A DNA stretch of 64,000 nt from contig NIVC01000612.1 in assembly GCA_002269645.1 (NCBI GenBank), forward strand, positions 1-64,000, in the 5' to 3' direction. This document shows, one piece after another, positions 1-12,015 of the stretch (the first letter of the stretch is position 1; the number at the start of each line of letters is the position of its first letter). A program made the position numbers and the translations under genes. The DNA comes from Macrostomum lignano. Its lineage: Eukaryota. A model generated the notes under the pieces. It saw only the letters and a program-made list of their open reading frames with translations, had not been told where the DNA came from and made no database searches.

Positions 1-227
1 AGATTTGCACTGGGCGACGCAGAAAGTTTTGAAACCTTCCAATCTTCTTAATCTGTAACAATTAAAATGCTGCACGTATTCACTTCAGCTGTCATTAGGA
101 AAAGTACAAAGCAGCAGTAAAGGTAAAGTCTGTTTAAAGCGGCAGTCACGTAAGCGTCCTGCAAGAGATAAGCAAATCCAATTTAATAAGGAGAACGTGA
201 CGAAAGTCGGAGACAAGGAAAAAGGAA

Positions 228-776
228 GACAGTGGGGTAGACAAGAGAGACAGTGAGGTAGACAAGTGAGACAGTAAGGGTAGACAAGGGGACAGTAAGG
301 GTAGAAAGGAGACAGTAAGGGTAGACAAGGGAGACAGTAAGGGTAGACAAGGAGACAGTGGGTAGACAAGGGAGACAATGGGGTAGATAAAAGAGATAGT
401 GAGGTAGAGAAGGATACAGTGGGGTAGACAAGGGAGACAGTGGGTAGACAAGGGAGACAGTGGGTAGCTAAGGGAGACAGTGGGGTAGCTAAGGGAGACA
501 ATGGGTAGATAAAAGAGATAGTGAGGTAGAGAAGGGATACAGTGGGGTAGACAAGGGAGACAGCCGGTAGACAAGGTAGACAGTGGAGTAGACAAGGATA
601 CAGTGGGTAGACAAGGTAGACAGTGGGGTAGACAAGGGAGACAGTGGGTAGACAAGGGAGACCGTGGGGTAGACAAGGGAGACAGTGGGGTAGACAAGGG
701 AGACAGTGGGGTAGACAAGGGAGACAGCGGGGTAGACAAGGGAGACAGCGGGGCAGACAATGTAAACAGTGGGGTG
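228..776. repeat. 21-bp minisatellite (GACAGTGGGGTAGACAAGGGA)n, ~26 copies
   Basis: Direct periodicity; reverse-complement copy at 23788-24291; explains ORFs 85..780, 146..802, 603..809. Confidence 0.95.
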
Positions 777-812
777 CCATGGCTACATGGTATCAGCATC
801 ACCAGCTAAAGG

Positions 813-3800
813 CTACGATTTCGCTGACATCAACTCCTGCATCTCTATCGCCTCGGACCCCAATCGATCTCCCAATCTACCACGGCCGATCCTCAACAGT
901 CTGAACCGGTTGGCCTCTACCTCGGTCAATCTGACTATCCAGGCTTCGACTTCTTCGCCTAGCAACAGGAAAAAGACTTTATTGTTAGCGTTAGCAACCA
1001 GCCGAGTCGCTAATGAGCTGGTTGGTCGCCTTCGAAAAATGATATTGGCTCTTGGATAATTTTGTTGTAGCTGACGGCGCAGTCCTGGCAGGTGGTAGAG
1101 AAGACTCAGTGAAGCGCATCGCCCCGGAGGCAGCAGAACAAGGATTCGATCGTCTGAGTCGTCTGAGTTTGTTGAGCAGCCTTGAATTGATGATTTGGTA
1201 TGCCTTTTTGTAATTTTGATATTTTCCGTTGTTTCACTAAGATTATAATATACACGAACTTGTTCGCCTACTAATAGTAGAAGAAAGTCTTCAAAATGAT
1301 GAAAAGATTTCTCAGATAAAGAAGCACCAAGAAGGGTGGGATGTAGGAAGCTAGAGAGAGAGAGAGAGAGAGAGATGTAGGGAGCCATAGAGAGACTTAA
1401 GGAGATTGGAGAGATGTAGGAGTTAGGAGAGATGATAGGAAGGTATAGAGAGACGAAGGAAGTTAGGGAGAGATGTAGGGAGGTATAGAGCGATGCAGAT
1501 ATTCACCTAACAAAGTAGCCAGAGCCAGCAAGGTCACAGACAAGACTGACGCCATTGCAGCGCAAGAAACTACTACTATAATAGTATGGGGGTAGCAGCA
1601 GTAGTAGAGCCAATTGTAGCCATTCTGTCGCAGTCGCATTCGTCCAGTTTTTCAGCGCTTTGGTCAACAGTAGTTCCCTGATTGATTAAATAATGTTGCT
1701 TGGCTTTCATGCATTGCTCTTTCAGACCTGAAAGTTGTTTAAAAATGCAATTAGGTCGCTCTTCACTAGCTCAAATTAAACCAGACTGGCGCACATTCAA
1801 CATGGGCGTCTTCCCGACACCCAAATTGACGTCTTCCCGACATCCGAATTGACGTCTTCCCGACACCCAAATTGACGTCTTCCCGACATCCAAATTGACG
1901 TCTTTCCGACATCCGAATTGACGTCTTCCCGACACCCAAATTAACGTCTTCCCGACATCCGAATTGACGTCTTTCCGACATCCGAATTGACGTCTTCCCG
2001 AAATTCAAATAATCCAAATTGCCGTCTTCTTTGACACCCAAATTGACGTATTCCCGTCACCAAAATTGACGTCTTCCCGACACCAAAATTGACGTCTTCC
2101 CGACACTCAAACTGACGTCTTCCCGACACCAAAATTGACGTCTTCCCGACACTCAAATTGACGTCTTCCCGACACCAAAATTGACATGCTCCTGTCACAA
2201 AGATTCGTGCAAAATCCCACCTGCTAGATGTAGAACTCGGGGGTCTGCCTGAATCATATGTATGCTTATCTGCAAGCGATTACAAATTCGTTTTAAGAAA
2301 ACTGTTCTTAGGAAGCTTAAATATCAGGATTAGCTCATTTTACCTTGGATAGTTGTCTTCGTTAGTCACGAGCTCTTGAAACATCTCGTGCCACTCGTCC
2401 GGTGTGAGAATGCTCAGCATGTCCAGCTTGCACCAGACTGCCTCGCAGCTAGCCTGCGAATATTGGGCGTTGTGCTGCTGAGCGCTGAGCACATGCAAGC
2501 GCGCCAATACTGTACGCAGACACGCACTCATAGGGGTCGCGGCTCGAGAGTCAGACGCGTCTGCCACTTACCGCTTACCCACAGTGTCAGAAACTGGCAG
2601 ACAGATGAGACAATGACAGATTCGATGACAGACAGTATGACAGACACTATGACGACAATATGACAGACAATATGACAGACACACGACAGAAAATACAACA
2701 GACACTATGACAGACAATATAACAGACACTATGACAGACACTATGACAGACACTATGACAGACACTATGACAGACACTATGACAGACACTAGGACAGACA
2801 ATATGACAGACACTAGGACAGACAATATGACGGACACTATGACAGACACTATGACTGACACTACGACAGACGCAATGACGGATTCGATGACAGAAAATAT
2901 GACAGACACTATGACAGCTTACTTGTTGCTTCTTGGCAACATATTTTCTGAAAAAGGCCCTGACTTTGCCACCCGGTTCCGCAGGCGCGGTGGCCAGGCA
3001 CACCAGCCTGTCCACCAGTCTGTCACTGAGCTGTCGGGTGTCCTCAGCAGTTGCTGGGCCAATGTCCACCGGGCCCTCCAGAATGTAGCCGTAGATTGTC
3101 GGGCTCATCGGTTTGCGAGTTCTGAACTCGCCTAAAAGTGCAATTCGGTTTATCATGCTCTTATTTTATCATCACTGCACGCTTGAGATCTAGAGTGAAT
3201 TAAATTGAAACCTTACTTGGAAGGTAAAGTCCATAATAAACCACCTCGGTTTCATTTGTTAGAACAATTTTCACGTTGAACGGTTTGTATGGATCGATAG
3301 GTATGCTGATATTGATGAGCAGAGTCGATGATGAGCAGGCTAAGCAGCGCGTGTGCTCAAGCGGCTTGTTGTTGGCGTCATCGGTGACGCTGAGATTGAA
3401 ACTGCTTGTGTTAGCACTTGCTTCTATCCAGGGCAGGCGAATACTGATAAGCATTGCCACAGCGTTCTTCTCCTTGAAGCAGACGCTGTAAAGTAGTTCC
3501 TCTTCGATCTTAAAATTGATTAGAACTTCCAATATTGTTTGGACAGTTTCCTGCAACAAATTGGAAGCTACAACATGGAAGGATTAAGATACCACTGATA
3601 TAATTATTTGACTTATAGCTGGTGTATAGAAATTTATCGAAATCAAGAGTCTCATAGAATTTTGATCTGACATGTGTCAAGACATTGTCTGCAACATCTC
3701 AGTTAACACAGCAGTGCATACAGCACCAGGACATTGTCTGTGACATCTCAGTTAACATAGCAGTGCATACAGCATCAGGACATTGTCTGTGACATATCAG

Positions 3801-4273
3801 TTAACACAGCAGTGCATACAGCATCAGGACATTGTCTGTGACATCTCAGTTAACACAGCAGTGCATACAGCATCAGGACATTGTCTGTGACATCTCAGTT
3901 AACACAGCAGTGCATACAGCACAGGCCATTGTCTGTGACATCTCAGTTAACACAGCAGTGCATACAGCACAGGCCATTGTTTGTGACATCTCAGTTAACA
4001 CAGCAGTGCATACAGCATCAGGCCATTGTTGTGACATCTCAGTTAACACAGCAGTGCATACAGCATCAGGCATTGTCTGCGATTGCAGTTGTCTCAAACC
4101 AGACTCACCGCATGTTTCGGGCCAAGGCAGACAATTTCGCCTGGCTGGCCATAATTGTTGCCGCCATCAACAGAAGACAACTCGCCAAGAGTCGGAGCTG
4201 ATTCTATTAGTTTTATGACGGCTAAACCAACGATAAAGACACTCGAGAGAAAAATGAATTGGAGAAAATGCAT
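813..4273 (-). CDS. Orphan secreted/membrane glycoprotein, ~470 aa, ~6 exons: 4109-4273, 3217-3550, 2923-3131, ~2344-2453 (start uncertain), 1507-1677, ~813-1236 (acceptor uncertain)
   Basis: Exon 1 encodes signal-peptide-like [26 protein letters not shown] and ends GCG|gtgagt. Phases match in series (0,1,0,2,2) with donors gtgagt/gtaagg/gtaagc/gtaaat/gtgaat and cag/tag acceptors. Several N-glycosylation sequons (NTS, NLS, NIS, NET, NWT, NAT). No family recognised. Confidence 0.6.
1343..1497. repeat. Degenerate GA-rich repeat (GAGAGATGTAGGGAG-like)
   Basis: (GA)n followed by degenerate purine-rich units, inside an intron of the orphan gene. Confidence 0.7.
1806..2187. repeat. 23-bp minisatellite (GACGTCTTCCCGACACCCAAATT)n, ~16 copies
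   Basis: GACGTC recurs at 1828, 1851, etc. Confidence 0.95.
2601..2916. repeat. 12-bp minisatellite (ATGACAGACACT)n
   Basis: Direct periodicity; related to the 12-bp array at 41587-42645. Confidence 0.95.
3681..4078. repeat. 49-bp minisatellite (GACATTGTCTGTGACATCTCAGTTAACACAGCAGTGCATACAGCATCAG)n, ~8 copies
   Basis: Unit starts at 3681, 3730, 3779. Confidence 0.95.
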
Positions 4274-5057
4274 TGCCGCTTGACAATAGACATATATATT
4301 ACTCCAAGCTTTCGCTCATCAACTTAAACTAAGCTCCTTAAAAATGCGCGCATGGCTTAAATTTCACAGGTGAACAACTTTTTTCTTAATAAAAATCGAC
4401 CAGTTTTGCAGGTTTGTTGCTTTTTGCTCCTCTAACGTTTTTTTACTGAATACGTGCGCAATTGAACCGAAAGAAGAGGCTCAGATAACAGATTTTATAG
4501 TGGAATATCATTTTAGAGGTGGTAAGCCCCAAAAAAAAGCTTACCTGCTGATTACTGAGTACGATGCGTGCTCGGACCATTCTAACCTGTGGGAGCGCGG
4601 CGCGGCTTTATCTACGAGTATCACTCTGTGCGCAAACGGAATAAGCTACAATACATTACGATACGCCGTGAGTGTGGTTCACATGGCATACTAGTTAGTT
4701 TAGTTCTTCTGCACACTTACAGCAACTTTTACAAGTCACCATGCAGCATTCAAAACCCGTCAAAATATTCAATGAAATTTGATAACAAAGTAGCAAAATA
4801 TCAATAACACGATCCCGATATATTTCTTGTCCATCATAAGCCGGTCAGACCATCTCAGGACTTAAATCGCGCGATGCATTTTTTGAGATGTTCGTTTTTT
4901 AGAAGCAAATTCTGGGCCTTTCGCAGTTTTAATGTTAGTAATAATTTTCACCCCAGTTTTGACTTAACACCTATAACCAAAAGCTCTTCAAAAGGCTATG
5001 TCAGTTTGATGTCAGTTCAGGACTCCAACCGAAACGAAAGACAGCAGACTAATTAGT

Positions 5058-7105
5058 TTAATGAGGCGCAACACCTCCGCAGTAGGTGAGATTGACCCCG
5101 ATAGAAGCGTTGAGCGGCTGCAGGAGGCACAACTCTCGCCAGTAGAACGACAGGTAAACATCCTGATAAGCCCGCAGTACGATGGCCGCCACCATGAACA
5201 TCAGCAGGCACAGCCACGTGACGCACCGTCGGATCAGCACGGGTCTCAGTGGTGGCAGCTTTGCTGGACGACTGACATCGAACTCAATGTCGCTCTCGTA
5301 CGGAGTTGAGTAGATCCGGGAGGCACGACGAATGTGGTTCTGCCTCGGCAGCAGGCTCGCATTCTCCGCGTCTAGAGGGGCCGAGGACGTTTTGGCAGCC
5401 TTCGTCCCGGCGACCCGGCTCGCCGCAACCAGCACCTCCTTTTCCCAGTTGGTACGCCAAATTATTATCCAGAATACGACAGTCTCAAAGGAAAGTCCGA
5501 TCAGCAGGCCAACCCAAAAGCCGCGAATCTCCATCTTAGTAAGCAGACTCAACGGAATGCCAATAGGTATCGCCACTGCATAGTAGGCAATCAGATTGAC
5601 GACTGCACCAATAAACTGTCTACCGCTGCCCTTCAGCACACCTGAAGCAGTTGCTGAGAGTCCGTCAACATAGGGAAATGGTGCGTATATTGTCATTAAC
5701 TCAGCGGTGGCGTCTCGAACAACCGGGTCGCTGGTGAAAAGGTTGGCAACGAAAGACTGACAAGTTGAGAACAAGATGCACAGGATGGTGGAAGTTGTAA
5801 GAATCATTGTCACAGCTACTTTGTAGGTGTGCTTCGCCTTCTCAATCTGCTTAGCTCCAATGTGCTGGCCAACCCGGATGTTCACAGCAATGGACATACC
5901 GAGAGAGACCATGTAGGACAGGACTGCAGCTTGAAACACGATGCCCTGAGCTGCCAGCTGAAGTGTGCTGATACTGCCTGCAACAAACGTTCCAATCTGA
6001 AATTGTAGGGGATAAAATTTAGCCAATATGTTCATCAATTAGTGCTTGATGCAGACGGCAATAAAAGCTGTAAACTGTAAAACCCTACCTCAAAACTGAC
6101 TTCCTCTAAAGCAACAAGCATTAGTCCTGGCACAGCCAGCCGGACGAATCCGCCGATGTCGTACAGAGCTTCAATCGTCCAGCCGTCCCACGTGTCCTCA
6201 TAGACGCCCGACACTCGAATGTACGCGATTATGCAGGCGCACATCACGAACAGCGACGCTGCCTGACACGCTGCGGACGCCTCGTACTGAAAGCCCAACA
6301 CGTAGATTGCGATGTACTGAGACACTGCGTTGAACACGTTCCCGATGAAGGCGCAGATCAGAGGCGGGTACACTCGGTTCTGAGTCTGCAGGTACCGAGC
6401 CAGCACCAGGAACGTGTAGTCAAAGAACACGCCCGGCATGAAGATCAGGATGTACTGCGACGCCATGTCACTGACTACTGGGTCTTGACCCAACAGAAGC
6501 AGCAACGGCTTGATGTTCAGGTGCAAGCAGTACACAGGGATCAGAACATGTACATGACAATGAGACTGCGCTGCAGATAGAGACCGACTCTCTTCCTGTA
6601 GGCGCTGCCGTAGGTCTGAGCGAAGTACGTGTCGCATCCGGTGGACAGGCCGAGACCGATACCCAGGCCTGCAACGTTGATGAGCGTGCAGGCAAGAGCG
6701 GCCGCGTCCAGCTGCTCCTTGGACAGGTGGCCGCACATGATCACGCTGATGGTCTGCAAGAAGATCTGGAAGAAGCACGTAAGGAACGACGGCAAGTGGA
6801 GCTTGCCGATCTCGCGGAACTCCTTCCAGTATCCGAGCGGGAAAAAGCGCTGGCCGAACTTTTCCGTGAAGGAGAGTAGCTTCAGTTGCACAGTGTCGGG
6901 ACGCGGTCTGGGGGGTTGAATTAGCAAAAAACTCTCAAATGTTTTCCGAAGCGAGCAAGACAATTCGGAAAATTTCGTTATAAACTTACTCGTACGAAGT
7001 CGATCCTTCTGGGAAAGTTCCGTAGCCACCCTTCTGGGAAACCCGGTCGAGCCCCAGCGACGCCTCGTGCTGGCGCTCGGCCCGACCTGAAGAAGCAAAC
7101 GACAT
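5058..7105 (-). CDS. SLC47A1: MATE/SLC47-family transporter, copy A; exons 6990-7105, 6089-6907, 5058-5996; 1-bp frameshift at 6545-6546 (possible pseudogene or sequencing error)
   Basis: MATE motifs (GLSTGCDTYFAQTYG, LARYLQTQ, IRVGQHIGA, GVLKGSGRQ, TNW) plus a C-terminal 13th TM. Introns of 82 and 92 bp with gtaagt/gtaggg donors and cag acceptors. Spliced length 1874 nt is one base short of 625 codons. Confidence 0.92.
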
Positions 7106-8267
7106 TTCAATGGCTCACTACATAAAATAACGTTGGAACAAGCGCCGCCCTAGAGCTATAAGCTATTTTCCTGACATTAATTCGTGGGTTGAGTTTTCTT
7201 GCTAGAGAAGCGTGACATTCGCCTAGTTCATTTCTTGAGCTTTATGAACTCTCCTTGCCCATACTTGAGCCACGAGTTTATCTCTGGAACTGCAAGTAGT
7301 GAAGACATTTTTGAACCCAGATTGCTTTATCAGAGCTCGGTCGGACGTCTATTGAGCAAAAGAAAATAACGCTTTTTCATGGAAATCTTAAGCTGTAGCA
7401 AAAGAATCATTAATAACGCTGAATTAGTCACGCCATTGACTGTTGGCCTCTTGGAATTTGTACTCGAGCGTCATTTTTAAACAGCCGCTCGAATTTACGG
7501 TTCGAATAAGTTTTTTAGGCCGAAGTTACGAGCGTTTTTTCCAATCCAACTAGCATTTTACAACGTTGATAAAAATTGTCGACATAGTTTACAAGATAGA
7601 CCATGTGATTGACGATATTCTCTGTAAAAAAGTCTACACCATCTACGGAAGTAGATTTGAAGCAAAATTTACTTTTAGCAAGACGTAATTCGACTGCCCT
7701 GCATGCGATCTCAGACTATTTAAAGGTGAATTTTTTTCAAAAAAACTAAAGAAAACTTGACAAGGCATAACAAGTAAAAAATTTCGGCCAAAATCGAGAG
7801 CGGACTGTTTAAAAACAATCGACATACCACTTTGGACTGCTCGATTTTATATTTCACACGGGCTGTAATCAATCAGTTTCAGGTGATTCACTACATACAC
7901 AGTAAGAATGAATTAGTGATTTATACAATTGCTAGACAGCGCCAGCAAATGAAGTTCTTTAACAAAAAATCAATACGTAAAAGTATAATTTTGAATAATA
8001 ATTAAAACACGCATGATTTTTTGTAGACAATTGAATGAATGAATTGGATATAAAATTTTCCGATTTCTAAGTGGTCTCTCTTTAAAGAGAATGCTGTGAA
8101 AGATGGATCGCTGAAATTTGTAACACTTCAGTCTACCTTGGGATGAAATTGTTAGTTAGTACAAATAGCTACAATCTAAAACAAAATAGCTAGCTCATTA
8201 AAATTGAAAACATCATGAGAGACACAGATTACCAACATTCTTGCGTTACACAAGCAAGCAAGGAATT

Positions 8268-11200
8268 TCACACCGGTACAGTTGTGTGGGTTTGTTCTAA
8301 TAGCACTGTAGTATGATTGCCACCGGCGCAGCTCGTGCCAGCGCAGATGTAACGGTTCTGAAAGATTCGAAACAGCACAGCAACAGTCAGGAGCAGCAGC
8401 AGAAGCAGCCAAGTTAGACAGCGACGAGCCAGCACTGGTCGCAGTGGCGGCAGCGAGTCCTGCTGCTCGATGCTCACTTCGGATTCGCTCTCGTACGGTG
8501 TGTCGTAGATCCGTGACGCGTGCCGAATCCGTTTCGGACGACTCTCGGGTAGCAACGGAGTTATTTCATTAGCGCCGCCAGGCGAAGCGGCTGCAAGAAG
8601 TTTGGCCGATGAATCTGACCCTGCGACTCGGTGCTGAGCATCGCTGACTTCCTTCTCCCAATTGGTGCGCAGGACAATCACCCAGAATACAAGAGTTTCA
8701 CCGGCAAGACCGATCAGCAAACCGGTCCAGAAGCCGCGAATCTCCATCGAAGTGAGCAGACTCAACGGAATGCCGATAGGCATGGCCACTGCATAGTACG
8801 CAATGAGATTGACCACTGCACCAATCAACTGCCTACCGCTGCCCTTCAGCACACCTGAAGCAGTCGCTGAGAGTCCGTCAACGTAGGGAAACGGAGCGTA
8901 CATGGTCAGCAGATCAGAGGCGGCGTCTCTCACTACCGGGTCGCTGGTGAACAGGCTGGCAACGTAGAACTGACACGTAGAGAACAAGATGCAGATAATT
9001 GTTGACATTGTGAGAATCATTGTCACAGCTACTTTGTAGGTGTGTTTCGCCTTCTCAATCTGCTGAGCTCCAATGTGCTGACCAACCCGGATGTTCACAG
9101 CAATGGACATCCCCAGCGAGACCATGTAGGACAGGACGGAAGCTTGGAATACGATGCCCTGAGCTGCCAGCTGAAGAGTGCTGATGCCGCCGGCAATGAA
9201 GGTACCGATCTGAGGAAAGGATAAAAGAAGTTACAATGTGCGACGAAAACCCTCTTAACTGTCTCTGTCACTCGGGTACATTTATTTACGCGAGTACGGA
9301 AAAAAGGGAAAAGACAGCCGTAAAATTTTATCTCCCCTCAAATTCATTGTGATATTAAATATCTAATTCAAAAAGCATCAGCTGTGCTTACCTCGAAGCA
9401 TAATTCCTCCATCGCTACGAGCAGAAGGCCTGGCACAGCCAGGCGGACGAATCCGCCGATGTCGTACAGAGCTTCAATCGTCCAGCCGTCCCACGTGTCC
9501 TCATAGACGCCCGACACTCGAATGTACGCGATTATGCAGGCGCACATCACGAACAGCGACGCTGCCTGACACGCTGCGGACGCCTCGTACTGAAAGCCCA
9601 ACACGTAGATTGCGATGTACTGAGACACTGCGTTGAACACGTTCCCGATGAAGGCGCAGATCAGAGGCGGGTACACTCGGTTCTGAGTCTGTAGGTACCG
9701 AGCCAGCACCAGAAACGTGTAGTCAAAGAACACGCCCGGCATGAAGATCAGGATGTACTGCGACGCCATGTCACTGACTACTGGGTCTTGACCCAACAGA
9801 AGCAGCAACGGCTTGATGTTCAGGTGCAAGCAGTACACAGGGATCAGAAACATGTACATGACAATGAGACTGCGCTGCAGATAGAGACCGACTCTCTTCC
9901 TGTAGGCGCTGCCGTAGGTCTGAGCGAAGTACGTGTCGCATCCGGTGGACAGGCCGAGACCGATCCCCATGCCCGCCACGTTGATGAGCGTGCAGGCAAG
10001 AGCGGCCGCGTCCAGCTGCTCCTTGGACAGGTGGCCGCACATGATCACGCTGATGGTCTGCAAGAAGATCTGGAAGAAGCACGTGAGGAACGACGGCAAG
10101 TGGAGCTTGCCGATCTCGCGGAACTCCTTCCAGTATCCGAGCGGGAAAAACCGCTCGCCGAAGCGTCTCAGGAGTTGCTTCACGTTTTGCTGAACTGTTG
10201 TCTTCTTTTTCATTCGAAATGGGATTTTTAACCTGTGGAGAGAACAAATTTCATTGAAATTGATTGAAATTTGCGGCAGAAATGAGGAGCACAGTATTTT
10301 GTTAAGTTTTTTAAATCAGTTTACCACCTAAATATGCCATCAACGGTCTGTTTTTTATCCAACTTACATGTAAGACAACTCCCCCGCAGTATCAGTACAG
10401 TTGTGCTTAAAAGCGAAGTGATCTATCTCTAACAATGACAACAGTCGCAATTTTCTGAGATGCCGATGATTTCCTACACCCACTTGCGATCGTATCGCAT
10501 AACTTTCGACTCCATCATCATGTTTCTACTTTATTTAATTGCACGTTATAATTACGCTAACAAATATTGTTTTGATCGCTTTTGCCTGGCAAAAGCGTTA
10601 AGTGCAGGGAGTCTCAGGGTCAGGAAATAGGGTGCGGGGAATCTCAAGGTCAGGAGATAGGGTGCAGGGAGTCTCAAGGTCAGGAGTTAGGTGCGGGGAA
10701 TCTCAAGGTCAGGAGATAGGGTGCGGGGAATCTCAAGGTCAGGAGATAGGGTGCAGGGAGTCTCAAGGTCAGGAGTTAGGTGCGGGGAATCTCAAGGTCA
10801 GGAGATAGGGTGCGGGGAATCTCAAGGTCAGGAGATAGGGTGCGGGGAATCTCAAGGTCAGGAGATAGGGTGCGGGGAATCTCAAGGTCAGGAGATGGGG
10901 TGCTGGGAATCTCAAGGTCAGGAGATAGGGTGCAGGGAGTCTCAAGGTCAGGAGATAGGTGCGGGGAATCTCAAGGTCAGGAGATAGGTGCGGGGAATTT
11001 CAAGGTCAGGAGATAGGGTGCGGGGAATCTCAAGGTCAGGAGATGGGGTGCTGGGAATCTCAAGGTCAGGAGATAGGGTGCAGGGAGTCTCAAAGTCAGG
11101 AGTTAGGTGCGGGGAATCTCAAGGTCAGGAGATAGGGTGCGGGGAATCTCAAGGTCAGGAGATAGGGTGCGGGGAATCTCAAGGTCAGGAGATGGGGGAA

Positions 11201-12015
11201 TCTCAAGGTCAGGAGATAGGGTGCAGGGAGTCTCAAGGTCAGGAGATAGGTGCGGGGAATCTCAAGGTCAGGAGATAGGGTGCGGGGAATCTCAAGGTCA
11301 GGAGATAGGGTGCGGGGAATCTCAAGGACAGGAGATAGGGTGCGGGGAATCTCAAGGTCAGGAAATAGGTGCGGGGAATCTCAAGGTCAGGAGATAGGTG
11401 CGGGGAATTTCAAGGTCAGGAGATAGGGTGCGGGGAATCTCAAGGACAGGAGATAGGGTGCGGGGAATCTCAAGGTCAGGAGATAGGGTGCGGAGAATCT
11501 CAAGGTCAGGAGATGGGGTGCTGGGAATCTCAAGGTCAGGAGATGGGGTGCGGGGAATCTCAAGGTCAGGAGATGGCGTGCGGGAGTCTCAATGTCAGGA
11601 GATGGCGTGCGGGGAGTCTCAAGGTCAGGAGATGGGGTGTCAGTACCTCCAGAAAGAGGGTGCGTTTACCTCTTAAAGTGTTTTTTTGTAAACGCAGGGG
11701 TTACAACTTACAAGTGGATGGAGATTCCTTAAGCAAAGGTTTTTATGGGAGTGGATCCGTCGCATCATGGTTGCAGTGCAGCGAGTAGAGGCATAAAAAA
11801 CTGATTTGAATTATTGGCTACAGAATGAAGTGAAACGTTTATACTTACTCTGTGGTCGGATTCGAAGCTTCGTATGCTTGTCCGAGATGCGTCTTCATTA
11901 CTGATGCTCGTGGCCCAGCGTCAGACGATGAGGCACAGTTGCTGACAGTGCATCCGAGTCCGTACGGATTGTTTCTAAGAAACTCGCCATTCTTGATCGA
12001 AGCGATTGCTGGCAT
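8268..12015 (-). CDS. SLC47A1: MATE/SLC47-family transporter, copy B (649 aa); exons 11849-12015, 9392-10232, 8268-9209
   Basis: Same motifs and intron phases (2,0) as copy A; spliced 1950 nt is open. Exon 1 is inferred from a GA|gtaagt donor in matching phase and is less certain than exons 2-3. Confidence 0.92.
10602..11640. repeat. 29-30-bp minisatellite (GGGGAATCTCAAGGTCAGGAGATAGGGTGC)n, ~35 copies, in intron 1 of MATE-B
   Basis: 30-bp period visible at 10801-10860; second array of the family at 14574-14790. Confidence 0.95.
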
